Made by a program: the position numbers and the translations under genes. This document shows, in pieces, positions 1 to 12,712 of a stretch of 53,618 bases of DNA. The DNA comes from Octopus bimaculoides. Taxonomy: Eukaryota. The notes under the pieces are model-generated. The model saw nothing but the letters and a program-made list of their open reading frames with translations, ran no database searches and was not told where the DNA came from. Position 1 is the stretch's first letter. Each line of letters starts with the position of its first letter. The DNA lies in the NCBI RefSeq assembly GCF_001194135.2, contig NC_068990.1, positions 33,849,469 through 33,903,086 on the forward strand. The letters are read 5' to 3'.

Positions 1-368
1 TTGGGAGGCATCGACTTGCCTCTCCAGGTGCCGAGTTGCAAGCCGACTGATTTTTCCTGGTTAATTTTCGCCCCTGCTACCGTCTCGTATCTTTTGGTGG
101 CGTCCTTTAAGTGAGGTAGACGCCCTTCGTCTGACACGATGATGGTGACGTCATCTGCGTATGCCGTCACGTTCCTTCCGTTACAAAGATCATGCGGGTC
201 CGCCCCCACGTCCCTCAACTTCCGCAGTAATGGCTCGAGCGCCAACACGTACAGAATCGGGGACAGGGGGCAGCCCTGACGAACCGAACGCGTAATCGCG
301 AAGGGGTTCGAAAGGAACCCATTCACCCGGACTGTTGATTTGATGTTGCCGTACATGGCTTTGTTCCA
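1..368 (-). mobile_element. L1/Tx1-clade LINE reverse transcriptase fragment, 5'-truncated, runs off the left edge
   Basis: Open minus frame reads WNKAMYGNIKSTVRVNGFLSNPFAITRSVRQGCPLSPILYVLALEPLLRKL...VTAYADDVTIIVS...YETVAGAKINQEKSVGL. It has RQGCPLSP, YADD (150-161) and KINxxKS motifs. GC/CpG-rich with no stops, so probably young. Confidence 0.9.
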
Positions 369-423
369 GGAAGCTTGGTTGACTGGGGTATTACCCAAAA
401 GCAAAGAAATATATACTATGTGT

Positions 424-564
424 ATCACGTGACAAAATGGCGCCCACCACGTGATCACAAATGTCAAACTCACGTTAAGAACTAAAACACGTGAGATACG
501 AGACAGCAAGGTATGGAAGGAGTAGAGGGAAGAAAAACTAAGAAGAAATGATGATAAGGTAAGT
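424..564 (+). promoter_or_regulatory. Promoter-like motif cluster: three CACGTG E-boxes, YY1-like AAAATGGCG and a 5' splice donor
   Basis: CACGTG at 426, 448 and 488 (a fourth at 769). AAAATGGCG at 434-442. AAG|GTAAGT at 556-564. Motif evidence only. Confidence 0.3.
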
Positions 565-1613
565 GCGTAGACCTGGAATCGAACAATATTATGCTGCTTT
601 GTAAAAGAGTAGAAGAGAAAATCGTGAAAAAATGATGGGAGCAATCATGTAAAAGTAATTAAGGGTACGTAAAATATACAATAACTAAAAATGACAAAAA
701 TGAAGGAAGGTAGAATTATGGTGGACTTATAAAGCGTCTCCAAGTATGAAGTTAATATTATCTCGAACCACGTGTAATCAAGACCTACGTATTAGCAAGA
801 CTAATTACTGCTGAGGGTTTATAACAATAAGTATAAAAGACTAAGGTTAGTGTATATCTATTAGCAGAGTATTAAACACAAGGCTATTGCAACTCACTAC
901 CTGAACTTATACCCTATTACGAGGTCGTAACTAAGCAGATATTAGAATAGATTTGTGTGAACAATTATCTAAACTTATATAAAAAGTTGAGTTTATGTCT
1001 GCATTTAATTTTTCGTTCATCTTGGGAGTTTATTAATTTTTTATTATTAGTGAATAGTATCTACTTAAACTCGTTAGTGCATAAGGAATAGAATTTACTG
1101 CCTGTTCAGTAAGATTTAGCCTTACAAACTATTTCCCATTTTAGATTGTATTTTATTCCTTTCGATTTAAGGTCCTATATGTATTTGCTAAGGCCAGTGG
1201 AATTAATTAAGTTGCTATTCTTAAAAGAGTGCATATGTTGGGCCATTCGGGATTTGATTTTATTAGAGGTTGAGCCGATGTAAATCGTGTTTAAAATAAT
1301 CATTAGGAGTAACTACACATTGATATACCGCATTCTCTAAATTATCTCGGAATTTTTAGATTTTTAAACTTTTCTTGATTGTGCCTGATCTCCTTCTTCG
1401 TGCAAGTTGCACCATGGTGGTTCTTCTCAAAATTAATATTAATCTGCATGCACCTTAGGTATCATGGTTTGCCAGGTGTACTGATATTCTGTAACTTGTT
1501 TATATTTATATGCTAGAGGTATTTTTTAATCCACATTATTAACTGGTTGTTATATTATTGCTGTTATTTTCCATTCAGAACCTGTTTGAACATTTTAATA
1601 AACCGTTTTTCTT

Positions 1614-1880
1614 TTATCTTTCTTCCAACCTCACTTGTGTCATGTAGTTTGAGGAAAGGAAAAATGATGATTGTTTCCTGATTTGGACCAAATCCCTAGA
1701 AAATCTGGAAGAATGTTTTTGGCCATTTTGGAAACATCTTGTACACCTGTGTGCAGCTGATACACCTCTCTCCATATAATTTTTGCAACTTTGTGTTGGC
1801 CTCTGAGCAAGTATTGCCATGATAACTTTCTCTGTCATGGTCAATGTGATGATCATACGCTATACACCTTCCTTCAAGCA
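1614..1880 (-). mobile_element. Degenerate, internally deleted mariner transposase remnant
   Basis: Minus frame SEANTKLQKLYGERCISCTQVYKMF resembles the mariner N-terminal HTH. A second frame, DLVQ..SFFLSSNYMTQVRLEER, weakly resembles the SPDLAPSDFFLF region. Confidence 0.5.
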
Positions 1881-2280
1881 CTGTTGCAAATTGCAGAAGT
1901 GAGCTAGAATGTTAAAACTTAGTACATATGCACAGCAGTGTTCAAAGTTAATCTGTACCAAACAGCTTCACTTTGTATGCTTCAGCTTCGTTACTATGAC
2001 AACAGTCCGGATACTTATTGATCAGACCTTGTGTATATGTGTGTGTTTGTGTCTTCTTAACTTGTGTAACTGTTGTAAACTCTTGTGTCCATCTTACAAG
2101 CATGTAATCTTCTAATATTTCATGAATGAATGTCTGGTCATAGCAAAAAAAATATCTAACAGGGAAACATGAGGGTGGGTGACAAGGAGAGCATCCAGCT
2201 ATGAGAAAATCTACCTCATGGAATTCTGTACATCTCATTCACCCATGAGAAAAATTAACATTAAAACAATGCTGAAAATG

Positions 2281-2313
<33 letters not shown>

Positions 2314-2475
2314 TATAGTAAAGATTATTTGCCAACATAATGTGGGAGTCCTGCTTAGGATGATTGTTACAGTTATTTAGCCCCAGGAAACATCGTATCC
2401 AGCTGGGGCTAAATAGCAGAGTCAATCATCCTAACCAGGACTCCTACATTATGTTGGCAAATAATCTTTACTCTA
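2314..2475. mobile_element. About 160-bp palindromic hairpin MITE
   Basis: AGTAAAGATTATTTGCCAACATAATGTGGGAGTCCTG..TTAGGATGATTG..TATTTAGCCCCAG is mirrored by CTGGGGCTAAATA..CAATCATCCTAA..CAGGACTCCTACATTATGTTGGCAAATAATCTTTACT. TA at both flanks, next to (ATA)n. Confidence 0.75.
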
Positions 2476-2580
2476 GAGTAATGTTACTGAATGTCTCTCA
2501 TTCGGAGATTTAGAAATAATATATTTCTGTTTATTTATATATATATATAGGCATGTGTCTATCAATTCATCTATCTTATA

Positions 2581-2901
2581 TCATCATCATCATCATCATC
2601 GTTTAACGTCCGCTTTCCATGCTAGCATGGGTTGGACGATTTGACTGAGGACTGGTGAAACCGGATGGCAACACCAGGCTCCAGTCTGATTTGGCAGAGT
2701 TTCTACAGCTGGATGCCCTTCCTAACACCAACCACTCAGAGAGTGTAGTGGGTGCTTTTACGTGTCCCCCGCACGAAAACGGCCACGCTCGAAATGGTGT
2801 CTTTTATGTGCCACCCGCACAAGCCAGTCCAGGGGCACTGGCAACGATCTCGCTCGAAAATCCTACAGGAGCCAGTCAGGCGGTACTGGCAACGGCCACG
2901 C

Positions 2902-2902
<1 letters not shown>
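2581..2902 (-). mobile_element. RTE-LINE 3' end (5'-truncated copy) with (ATG)n tail
   Basis: (CAT)n-CGTTTAACGTCCGCTTTCCATGC...GGATGCCCTTCCTAACACCAACC matches the reverse complement of the 3' UTR of the RTE copy at 20391-21266. Confidence 0.8.
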
Positions 2903-2934
<32 letters not shown>

Positions 2935-2942
2935 TACAAGCA

Positions 2943-3147
2943 TACAAGGTGGGTTGCTTAAAATTTCCTGGTTTTTGGGGCAAAAGAAAATAGAGGAGAA
3001 TCAGTTAATTAGGATTTCATTCAACATATTCCCCTCTCAGATTCACACTTATTGCAGTGGTCCTTCAGTTTTTCAAAGCCTTGTAAAAGAAGGTCAGGCC
3101 TTTTTGCGATACCCTTAAAGCCAGGATCTCTTCAGCATCCCCTCACA
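2943..3147 (-). mobile_element. Mariner-derived MITE retaining the transposase C-terminus
   Basis: Imperfect TIRs TACAAGGTGGGTTGCTTAAAATTTCCTGG and CCAGGATCTCTTCAGCATCCCCTCACA. Minus strand encodes ...EKLKDHCNKC then, frameshifted, RGEYVE*, like the mariner C-terminal RW.KCV...G.YVE motif. Confidence 0.7.
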
Positions 3148-3259
3148 CACAGAGACATACCCTACCCCCACACAGGTATTTCGCTGAGAGGAGAGATCTC
3201 CAGTATATAGTGCATTGCCAGGTACCTTAGTAAATTGAAGGCTGTAGAATTAGATGTTG

Positions 3260-3585
3260 GAGACCCCCTTTGGTCATGACTGACAATGGGATTGCCCCTA
3301 GAAAGTTACCGTCCCAGGCACAAGTCAGGGCAAGGTTGTTTATGGACGACCAGCAGTCGCCCATGCATACCAGCCTCCCCTCTCCACGCCACAAGTATTA
3401 TCTAAAGGAAAGGCAAAGGGGCCGATACAGCTTGGTACCTGTGATGCCACAACTCATTTCTACAGCTGAGTGAACTGGAGCAACATGAAATAAAGTGTCT
3501 TGCTCAAGAACACAGCATGCAGCTGGTCTGGGATTCGAACTCACAACCTCACAATCATAACCTTGACGCTCTAACCACTGAGCCA
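3260..3585 (-). mobile_element. tRNA-derived SINE, family E
   Basis: Minus strand begins TGGCTCAGTGGTTAGAGCG (box A) ... GAGTTCGAATCCC (box B). Other copies at 26335-26462 and 35491-35820. Confidence 0.85.
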
Positions 3586-3764
3586 CTTTAAATATATAAC
3601 AAAGATGTACACCTTAAAAATATAACAAAATACCTTCCACAATCTGAATTGAAGGCCTTAGAGCTGCAGTTTCAGCGCCACATTCTCCCCTAATCCTGAT
3701 ATTACCACAGAGAAATAGTACTAGCAATAGTAGTAGTAGAAGTTATAGTTGTAATTGTACATAC

Positions 3765-3981
3765 CACAGTAAGACAGAGCAGCTCTCTAGTGAAAAGGTG
3801 AGGATGTTTCTTCTCAACTGAATCCAAGTAATTCTGAAGTTTGGTATAAGTGTAAGGAAAGCAATAGGAGAACTGATAAACGTCATCTTCTTTGTCAAAA
3901 CAAAACAAAAAAGACATCACATAATTCTTCCTATGGTCAGGACAACGGTAATAGTAGACATTCTTTGCTGGAATACGAACC
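3765..3981 (-). CDS. AGBL4: Cytosolic carboxypeptidase 6 (AGBL4/CCP6) internal coding exon, 217 nt
   Basis: Acceptor tttcag| at 3982 and donor |gtatgt at 3764. Encodes (W)VRIPAKNVYYYRCPDHRKNYVMSFLFCFDKEDDVYQFSYCFPYTYTKLQNYLDSVEKKHPHLFTRELLCLTV. NVYYYRCPDHRKNYVMSF and YPYTY-like motifs are recognised as AGBL4. Phase 2 to phase 0. Confidence 0.95.
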
Positions 3982-4309
3982 CTGAAATATATTGAAAGAA
4001 AACAAGCTACAGATAGTGTACGATAACATGTGGAGGGCAATAAAGTAGTTGTTAGAATAGATTCCTTGTATTTCACCAGAAACCAAAAGAAAAAAAAGTC
4101 TGAAATTCTTGTCTGATATCTGATTCTCCGAAAAATATAATTTAATGGCAAACTAGTGTTATACGAACCTAAAATGACGAACATATAAATTCCAACAATT
4201 TAATTTCAAATTGTAGAACACATTAAAGAATAGAAAATTAAGGTCAGGATTTTTTAACATTCAATACAAATGCAATAATATGAAGTAGAAAAACACAGCG
4301 TGAGAGTCG

Positions 4310-4585
4310 TCATCATCATCGTCATCGTCGTTATCATCATCATCATCGTTTGCCATCCGTTTTCCATGCTGGCATGGGTTGGATGGTTTTACGTGGAGCT
4401 GGGGAGCTGTCCAGACACCAGTTGTCTGTTGTGGTATGTTTTCTACGGCTGGATGGCCTTTCTAACACCAACAACCTCACAGCCTTTTCTGGGTGCTTTT
4501 TACATGCCACTGGCATGGGTGTGTCTGTGCAGTACTGGCACAGGTGCATTTTATGTGGCACCTGCAAAGGACAAGCTGGTATGTA
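4310..4585 (-). mobile_element. RTE-LINE 3' end fragment
   Basis: (CAT)n-CGTTTGCCATCCGTTTTCCATGCTGGCATGGGTTGGA...GGATGGCCTTTCTAACACCAAC, same family as 2581-2902. Confidence 0.75.
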
Positions 4586-4671
4586 TGGAAGACAACGATT
4601 TTAATAATAATGGTAATGATGATGATGATGACGATAATAATAATGATAATAATAATAATAATAGTAGTCCT

Positions 4672-4858
4672 TTCTACTAAAGGCACAAGGCCTGAAATTT
4701 GCGGGAGGAGACTAGTCAATTACATTGACCCCAGTGTTTCACTGGTACTTAACTTATTGACCCTGAAAGAGTGGAATTTGAACTCAGAATGTAGCAGTGG
4801 TTGAAACACCACTTAGCATTTTGTCCAGCATGCTAACAATTCTGCCAGCTCACTGCCT
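4672..4858 (-). mobile_element. tRNA-derived SINE, family B
   Basis: Reverse complement of GAGCTGGCAGAA..TTAGCA..AAATGCT..CTGAGTTCAAATTCC..GGGTCAATAAGTTAAGTACCAGT..GGCCTTGTGCC. Many copies in the window. Confidence 0.8.
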
Positions 4859-5017
4859 GAATAATAATGACAATAATAATAATAACAATAACGATAACAA
4901 TAATAATAATAATGATTACAGCAACAACAACAACAATAATAATAATAAAAGACCCCTCTCTCTCTTGCTTCTCTTTTTCTCCCTCTCCCTTTCACTTCCT
5001 CACTGATCACTGCTGAT

Positions 5018-5092
<75 letters not shown>

Positions 5093-5859
5093 CTGTTTTT
5101 AAATTTCCCAACTGATAGCATAACAATCCTCTCCAGCTCAGCAACACACTTCCCCAACTTTACTCTTTGCTGCTGATGAGTTCACTCAATCCACCCAGTC
5201 CACTGCTTTTCCCTACATATTATCACACAGTGAAACACATGCTCTCCCACCATCTTTTTCTCTCCCTCTCTCTTCCTCCAGTTTTTCTTCTCATTCTTTG
5301 TTCTCTTTTGTTCTATTCTCTCCCTACATGTCTGTGTCCCTTAGTTACCTTGGCATGAGACACTTATCCCTTTACCACTATCATTATTACAATTGTAAAA
5401 TCAAAATACAAACATTGTGCCATCAGTGACTAAACTGGCAATCCCACAGAGCTTGTTCTTTGAGGAGGGTGATTTTCTTGCTACTGAGTCACCCTACAGG
5501 AGAAAAAGACAAGACTTGTCTCAGGGCAGATGAACTCTGAGGAGTCAATGGCCATCCAAATAGTATCTCTATTAGTACTGCTGATGAAGTCATTACTGCT
5601 TAGTAATAATAATAATGTTGAATATCCTCCTTGTCTTCCCCACAAAAAACTGGTAAAGAATATTTTCCTGGGGAAGAAGGTCTCTTTAGCCTTGACTGGC
5701 AACTCCTTAAAGATGGCAGCTTGATAAAAATACTGGTGGTTGTGAAACCTCATCAGCACTATCTGCTTTATGAGTGTAATGTCAAATAAAAATCATCACA
5801 AATGCCTTCAGGATATCCAAACCATGAGTGATGGTCTCCTGCATGGGAAGTTCTCCACT

Positions 5860-5975
5860 GTGCAGCAGGGTGGACCTGGTCATTATTCAAATACTGCTAC
5901 AAAGATTAGGAGAAAATGGACTCAAAATGACAATAAAACTGTAATGGAATACTATTACAGAAGCATTTTACCTGG
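5860..5975 (+). mobile_element. Possible N-terminal fragment of an R4/Dong-clade LINE ORF
   Basis: KIRRKWTQNDNKTVMEYYYRS resembles the R.KWT...N..VM..YY.S motif near the start of R4/Dong ORFs. Short match only. Confidence 0.4.
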
Positions 5976-5981
5976 CATACT

Positions 5982-6108
5982 CTTTTACTCTTTTACTTGT
6001 TTCAGTCATTTGACTATGGCCATGCTGGAGCACAGCCTTTAGTCGAGCAAATCGACCCCAGGACTTATTTTTTGTAAGCCTAGTACTTATTCTATCTGTC
6101 TCTTTTGC
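5982..6108 (-). mobile_element. 3' tail fragment of SINE family A
   Basis: CTCTTTTACTTGTTTCAGTCATTTGACT..GGCCATGCTGGAGCAC..CTTTAGTCGAGCAAATCGACCCCAGGACTTATT is the reverse complement of the tail at 16890-17030. Confidence 0.8.
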
Positions 6109-7087
6109 ATTTATTTATATGCCTGTATGTTCTGAGTTCAAATCTCAGAATTGACAGAAAAACAAAAAAGTAGTATGTTGAGTCGTATGTTTCTTGACAA
6201 TAACAACTCTTTGAAAGATGTGAGATTTTGTTTGCTAAAGTCATAAATTAATTGATTTTGTACCTTGAACCATAATATAGTGATTCTATATGAATAGTCC
6301 AGTTGGAGTTCCTGCTTAGAATCATAAAGAAGGTATAAACATGTCGAAAAGTTAATTCCGCCATCAAATTAAGACATATCAAAGTGTATCTCTTTCAAAA
6401 AAATAAAAGGTAAAGATACTATTGTACAGCTTTAAGGCCAACTGTGAGTAGTAACTAATTATTTCACCTGAAATTATTCCCTCAACTAATCATATATCTT
6501 TCAGCTACAGAAATCTCATCTTTTTGATAATGACCACAAATTAAATCCCAGCTAATGAAAGAAGAGAGTGTGGTACAAAATGAATACTTAAGAAAAGTAT
6601 TGACAATCAGTAATTAACGACTCAATTATTTCTAATGTTGGAAAGAAACCTGAAATTAAGGGAAAACAAAAGAAAGAAGAAAATGCTAAAAATATATATC
6701 AAAATCAAATAGTTTTAAACTGCTACAATTAGTTGCTATATAGTAAAAACAAATCTGTTACTTGAATGAATTTTTAAAAAAATACCTCGGGCTATGAAAT
6801 TACAAGTTTCAAAAAATGGGAAATATTTCAGTTATTTCATGATTAACCTGTCAGAAGTAGCCACATCAAAGTCTCACATTCCCTGAACAAATGATTAGTT
6901 TTGTAAAGTGAATGTTTCGAGGACAAGGTAGATTATAGTGTATGTGCATTTGTGCGACTGCATTTCAGGATTGATGACGATGAAAAACAACAACACACAC
7001 ACATACCCTCATATATATATATATATATATTAGCATATATATTTATACATATATATATTAACATATATATTTATACATATATATATT

Positions 7088-7139
<52 letters not shown>

Positions 7140-7752
7140 AGAGATTGAGTAGGAGAGGCTATAATATGAAAGTGAATTAAAGGAAATGACTATGGAAAGT
7201 TATGTGCAAATGGTTGAAGGATTAATTAAAGAAGACAAGAAGGCAAGAGAATCATTATAGTGATAGAAGCAAATAAAAATAAGAGCAATGACCGTTGGGT
7301 GAGGGCAGAAGGGGGTTAAGAGACCAAAGTATGAGGTAGTTTGATACAAATTAAAAAAAAAAAAATGGTTAGGTTCTGCAGAAGAATTCTCAACAATAGA
7401 AATGGAGTTAATTTTGAGTATGATCTTTTAAAACCAGTAAAAGTAGAAAAAAAAAAAAAGATTAATAGCAACAAGGATAAGTAGGAGTAGATTATAATTA
7501 AATGTTATAGATAAGAATGAAAAAAACTTGATGACATCATGGCACCATTCGCACAAAATAGAAGAATTACTTAGTTTCACAACAACATCTTGCATCATTT
7601 TGTCTTCTAAGTAACACCTGATATCTAATTCTTAGCTTCTTTATTAATTTACTTTACGTCATTCATTTCATTCATATTCTATCTGCAATGCATTAGTCTG
7701 TTTTCATTTGGCTAATACGCATACAGGTATGTATACAGAATATCCATATTTA

Positions 7753-7803
<51 letters not shown>

Positions 7804-8624
7804 NNNNNNNNNNNNNNNNNNNNNNNNNNNNNNNNNNNNNNNNNNNNNNNNNNNNNNNNNNNNNNNNNNNNNNNNNNNNNNNNNNNNNNNNNNNNNNNNN
7901 NNNNNNNNNNNNNNNNNNNNNNNNNNNNNNNNNNNNNNNNNNNNNNNNNNNNNNNNNNNNNNNNNNNNNNNNNNNNNNNNNNNNNNNNNNNNNNNNNNNN
8001 NNNNNNNNNNNNNNNNNNNNNNNNNNNNNNNNNNNNNNNNNNNNNNNNNNNNNNNNNNNNNNNNNNNNNNNNNNNNNNNNNNNNNNNNNNNNNNNNNNNN
8101 NNNNNNNNNNNNNNNNNNNNNNNNNNNNNNNNNNNNNNNNNNNNNNNNNNNNNNNNNNNNNNNNNNNNNNNNNNNNNNNNNNNNNNNNNNNNNNNNNNNN
8201 NNNNNNNNNNNNNNNNNNNNNNNNNNNNNNNNNNNNNNNNNNNNNNNNNNNNNNNNNNNNNNNNNNNNNNNNNNNNNNNNNNNNNNNNNNNNNNNNNNNN
8301 NNNNNNNNNNNNNNNNNNNNNNNNNNNNNNNNNNNNNNNNNNNNNNNNNNNNNNNNNNNNNNNNNNNNNNNNNNNNNNNNNNNNNNNNNNNNNNNNNNNN
8401 NNNNNNNNNNNNNNNNNNNNNNNNNNNNNNNNNNNNNNNNNNNNNNNNNNNNNNNNNNNNNNNNNNNNNNNNNNNNNNNNNNNNNNNNNNNNNNNNNNNN
8501 NNNNNNNNNNNNNNNNNNNNNNNNNNNNNNNNNNNNNNNNNNNNNNNNNNNNNNNNNNNNNNNNNNNNNNNNNNNNNNNNNNNNNNNNNNNNNNNNNNNN
8601 NNNNNNNNNNNNNNNNNNNNNNNN
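7804..8624. other. Assembly gap (821 N) flanked by (TA)n
   Basis: Run of N. Confidence 1.
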
Positions 8625-8644
8625 ATATATATATATACACACAC

Positions 8645-8691
<47 letters not shown>

Positions 8692-10921
8692 TATATATAA
8701 ATATATATATATATATAACATCTGTACACACATACACACACACTCACAAATATCTGTATTTATACACACTCATACACACAGATACACACACAGACACGTT
8801 TGTATATGCATATAAAATACATGTGTATGTATATACACACACATAAACACACACACTTATTGAATTACTTTTTAATTTGTAAATGTATAACAATTTTATA
8901 TTACAGTACTTTCTGATGTACATTTAATATATTAGATATCTGTGCACGAGTATGTAACGTGAGTATGCATTTGTAGGTGTGTATATTTTTACACATATGT
9001 ATGTATGTTTATGTGTGTATATATATATATACACACACGTATGTATATCCATTACACACTTTACGTGCTTGCTCACACAATCTGTTGAGTAAACACACAC
9101 AAACAAAAAGTAATGTAAAATACAATTGTTATTCATTTGCAATATTAAAAATTCAGTATAAAACATCAGAGTGAGTTTATTTTGGTCTTCAACAAACAAT
9201 TACCTTAACTGCAAGAGAAATCCCCGAGGAATCTTTTTTATTTTGCATATTTTCAATCATAATGCAACTAATGATATCCAGTCTTTTTCATTAACCTGCG
9301 GTTGACTCAGAGCACAACATAGCAACTTCATCATTCTCTTGTTGTTTCTTTCATGTGCCTACCTCTAACAGCCATGGCATGTACCTCCACTTGATACTCA
9401 TGACTTAGTGGTATATATCAATGAATGTATCTAAGCCACCCCTTCATACTCACTCAGAACCTGATTATACAAATCAACAAATGTAAAGTTGGATATTTTT
9501 TTAAAGAAAGATATACGTGAAAGTATATATGGCTGTATGGTTAAGGTGTTTTCTTCCCAACACAGTGTGGCACCTTGGGTAAGTGTTTCCAACTGTAGTT
9601 CTAATCCAACCACTTTCAGATTGTAATGTGCAAGTTAGCTGGTTGATTTCTTTTTCTGAAAGCCCAAACTAGCTTAACCAAACTGTCACTTAGGCATTTA
9701 CTCACAAAACCAAGTGCAATAATTGTTATTGGTAGAATTGTGAATTTATAATTTGGATACAGAAGCTGGGGGTTTCAAAGCAGTTGTCCATAGTTAACCC
9801 CCTCCTCTTTGATTTCCAAAGCTAACTCTATGGCAGTGTTCACATTTTCTTGTTACTCCAAAACAACAATATCCAGTCTGGTTGACCTTGGGCTACAGTT
9901 GAAGAAACTTTCCCAAAATGCCACACAGTTGAACTGAACTCAAAACTACAGCTAAGAAGTGCAGTGATATACTACCAGCTCCATAACCAATAATATTTAT
10001 TCTTTTACTTTACATTGATCTTTGATCTGTTTTCAGAGCATAATCAACATCAATATTTGCACCTGCCTCAGTAATTTGTTTACTTTTATAAATATTTTTT
10101 CATGTTAATTTTGAAAATTTCACATCTTCACTTCTAGTTATTATTATCTTCATTTCTTTTTTTTTTTTTTGCTCCTTGTGATCTAAAACCAATGGTAAAT
10201 TATATCTGTACCTGGTATCTACTTAGAACTAGACATAACTGTTGAGAATTACTATCCTGAACCATGTTTCAGACAAACATGGTTCTTGCTCCTTCTAGAA
10301 AACTAATCAGGTGAACCAAACTGTTTTTTACTGTTTCAACGTTACACATTTCATTTCATGTAATCTTAAAGAGTGTGTGTGTGTGTGTTTTGGATGTTTT
10401 GTGCACTGACAGCATAGATCTTGATACCTAAATTCTGGGTCAGTAAACACCGCGTATAAAAGGTGATTGCAACTGGAAAGTTAAACCAAGCTCATCTGTG
10501 AATATGCTTTTCTATTTGGGTCATTACCAAATACTCAATGAAGCAGTTCTATAGCATACTTTGATCAATTACAAGTGACTAGAGTTACTCAGTCTACACA
10601 TTGAAATAAGAGGAGTAAAATTGGTAAAAGCTGTCTCATATTGAATGCACTCAGCTTCTTGTAAATTTGTTAATAACAATCTTATTCAATTATTATTTCT
10701 TTTCAAAGAAATAGGGTAACAAGATGTGAAAACAGTGAGAGGTTCCAATGGAACTGTTAACGGTCTTTTAATAATTTGTATCTTGTGTTTGGAGCATTTG
10801 GTATTCATATTCCAATATTTGGTTCTATAAATCTGGATAAATTGTATGAAATAGTTGAGGAGAAATTGATAACTAAATGCCATTATCCATACTGCTAGTT
10901 ATGAATATTACATAATTAGAA

Positions 10922-11140
10922 AAAGGCGTCGAGCAGGCACAATTGTTACTGTGCCAGAAAAAATGCTTAGTGGCATTTCTTCCAACTTTACATTCTGAGT
11001 TCAAATGCTGCCAGGGTTGACTCTGCTTTTCATCCTTTTGGAGTCAATAAAATAAGTACTTATTGAACACTGGGATCAGCTTAATTGACTACTTTCTCCT
11101 CCGAAATTGCTGGCCTTGTCACAAAATTTGAAACCAAAAT
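10922..11140 (+). mobile_element. SINE family B copy
   Basis: AAATGCTTAGTGGCATTTC..CTGAGTTCAAATGCTGCCAGGGTTGACTCTGCTTTTCATCC..AATAAGTAC..GCTGGCCTTGTCACAAAATTTG. Confidence 0.75.
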
Positions 11141-12712
11141 TCCATAATTAGAATATATTATTTGTAGAAATACTGAAATAAAGTTGCTTTATATTTTTAC
11201 CAGAAGACAGCTACTCTGTTCTGTTCCCAGTACACAACTAGTACGATGAGGTAGTTTAAACAAATGCATCTTTACTTCTAAGTTTGCTGATATTTGCAAT
11301 TGACAGCTTTCCTACAGTTAACCACAAAGAGGAGCAAAGTGACATCTATTGTCAAGCAGACTAATGATACATTCAATTCTTAAAACTGGTACTCTGATTT
11401 TACTCCTCAACCAATGAACATAATTCATCTTCATACACATATACAAATCTTTGCCTCGGTCACAAATGCACACAGTTACGTAACCTAAAGGCATAAATGT
11501 CACCACACTGTACACTGAAATAAATATGAAAGTTATAGCTCTACACAAGAACTCTGCTATCTTTCAGAATCAGCATATTGTTTATGGTCTCTACTGGTTT
11601 TGATATGTGGCAAAATAAAATCAATGTCAACTTTCTGTATCAGTTAAGCTGGCTCTGGTTTATGAGTTTCATCATGGCAGAAGGGAAATATATTGTGAAT
11701 TGAATAAGAAAATGAAAACACCAGCGAGGAAAAACAAAAAGAACTTAAAAGAACTGGAAATATTTTATCAGTTCTATAGAAAGCACATTTCTATTGCGGC
11801 ATTTTGTTTGAAATTAGTCAGAAATGGAAAGAGAAAAATATCAGCAAGTATAAAAATCAGGTTAGTATAGAATTATGAAAGGGTCAATAATTATCTGTTA
11901 AGATATGAAACATAAAAGTAGGAATTCTATTCTTGGTAGATGAGAAGAAAACTTGATTGAAGTGATAGAGTCCATTGAATTATTGGTTATAATAATGGTG
12001 TTGAAGTGCTGGTAGATAGTGTCCAGAATATCTAATGAAGTGGTGGTATGGTCGAAACAGTAAGGGGTAAGGTGAGGAACAGTGTTTGTAAGATGTGGAT
12101 GTAGGGTGGAAAATTGATATTGTATGTTAATGTGTACTGATGAGGGCAATGGAGTATAGCAAAAAAGTATGGTGGACTACATACATGTGGTGGACTATAT
12201 ATTTGGATATAAGATACTATGCTGAGAGTATGGTGGTCTTTACACACATATGCTAAACTATACTGGAATATATAGTAGTGGACTATACTAGGTAGTAGGC
12301 TTAAAAATGATGCAGCTGTCCATTCTTTATGGTAAAACAGTTTTCTAAGATTAGAACTCAGCATAGTCCTAATATACACAGTCTTGATGTAGTCAGCTTT
12401 AACTTAACATAAATGATGGTAATATATGTAATCTCAACATATATGTGTTTAACTTAACATGTACAGTCTTAACAGAGATGATCCCAACTTAAAGCATAGG
12501 CTAATAACACCATTTTAACATACACAATCATAAGAGAAATGGTCTTGCTATAAAGATAATGAGTTTATGGATGGAAATTTGGAATAAAAGTTCCTTTAAT
12601 CCAACTGTGATGTGTTGCAGTGTGTGATGTGAAAGTGGCATGCTTGGGCATGATATAAATGCAGTGGTGTGATTTGATGTAGATAATGCTGTGGTATGTG
12701 ATGTAGTGTAGA

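Noticed and set aside
3702-4184. 160-aa ORF as a complete gene
   Set aside because: Only 3765-3981 is exon. The flanking residues are intronic read-through past clear splice sites.
5173-5245. Second hammerhead candidate (CTGATGAG...GTGAAACACATG)
   Set aside because: Stem II pairs poorly, and there is no stem I partner or valid cleavage triplet.
7708-8769. Long ORFs of about 330 aa (also 13070-14232 and 22093-22436)
   Set aside because: They run through N-gaps and (TA)n or pentamer repeats and have no coding signal.
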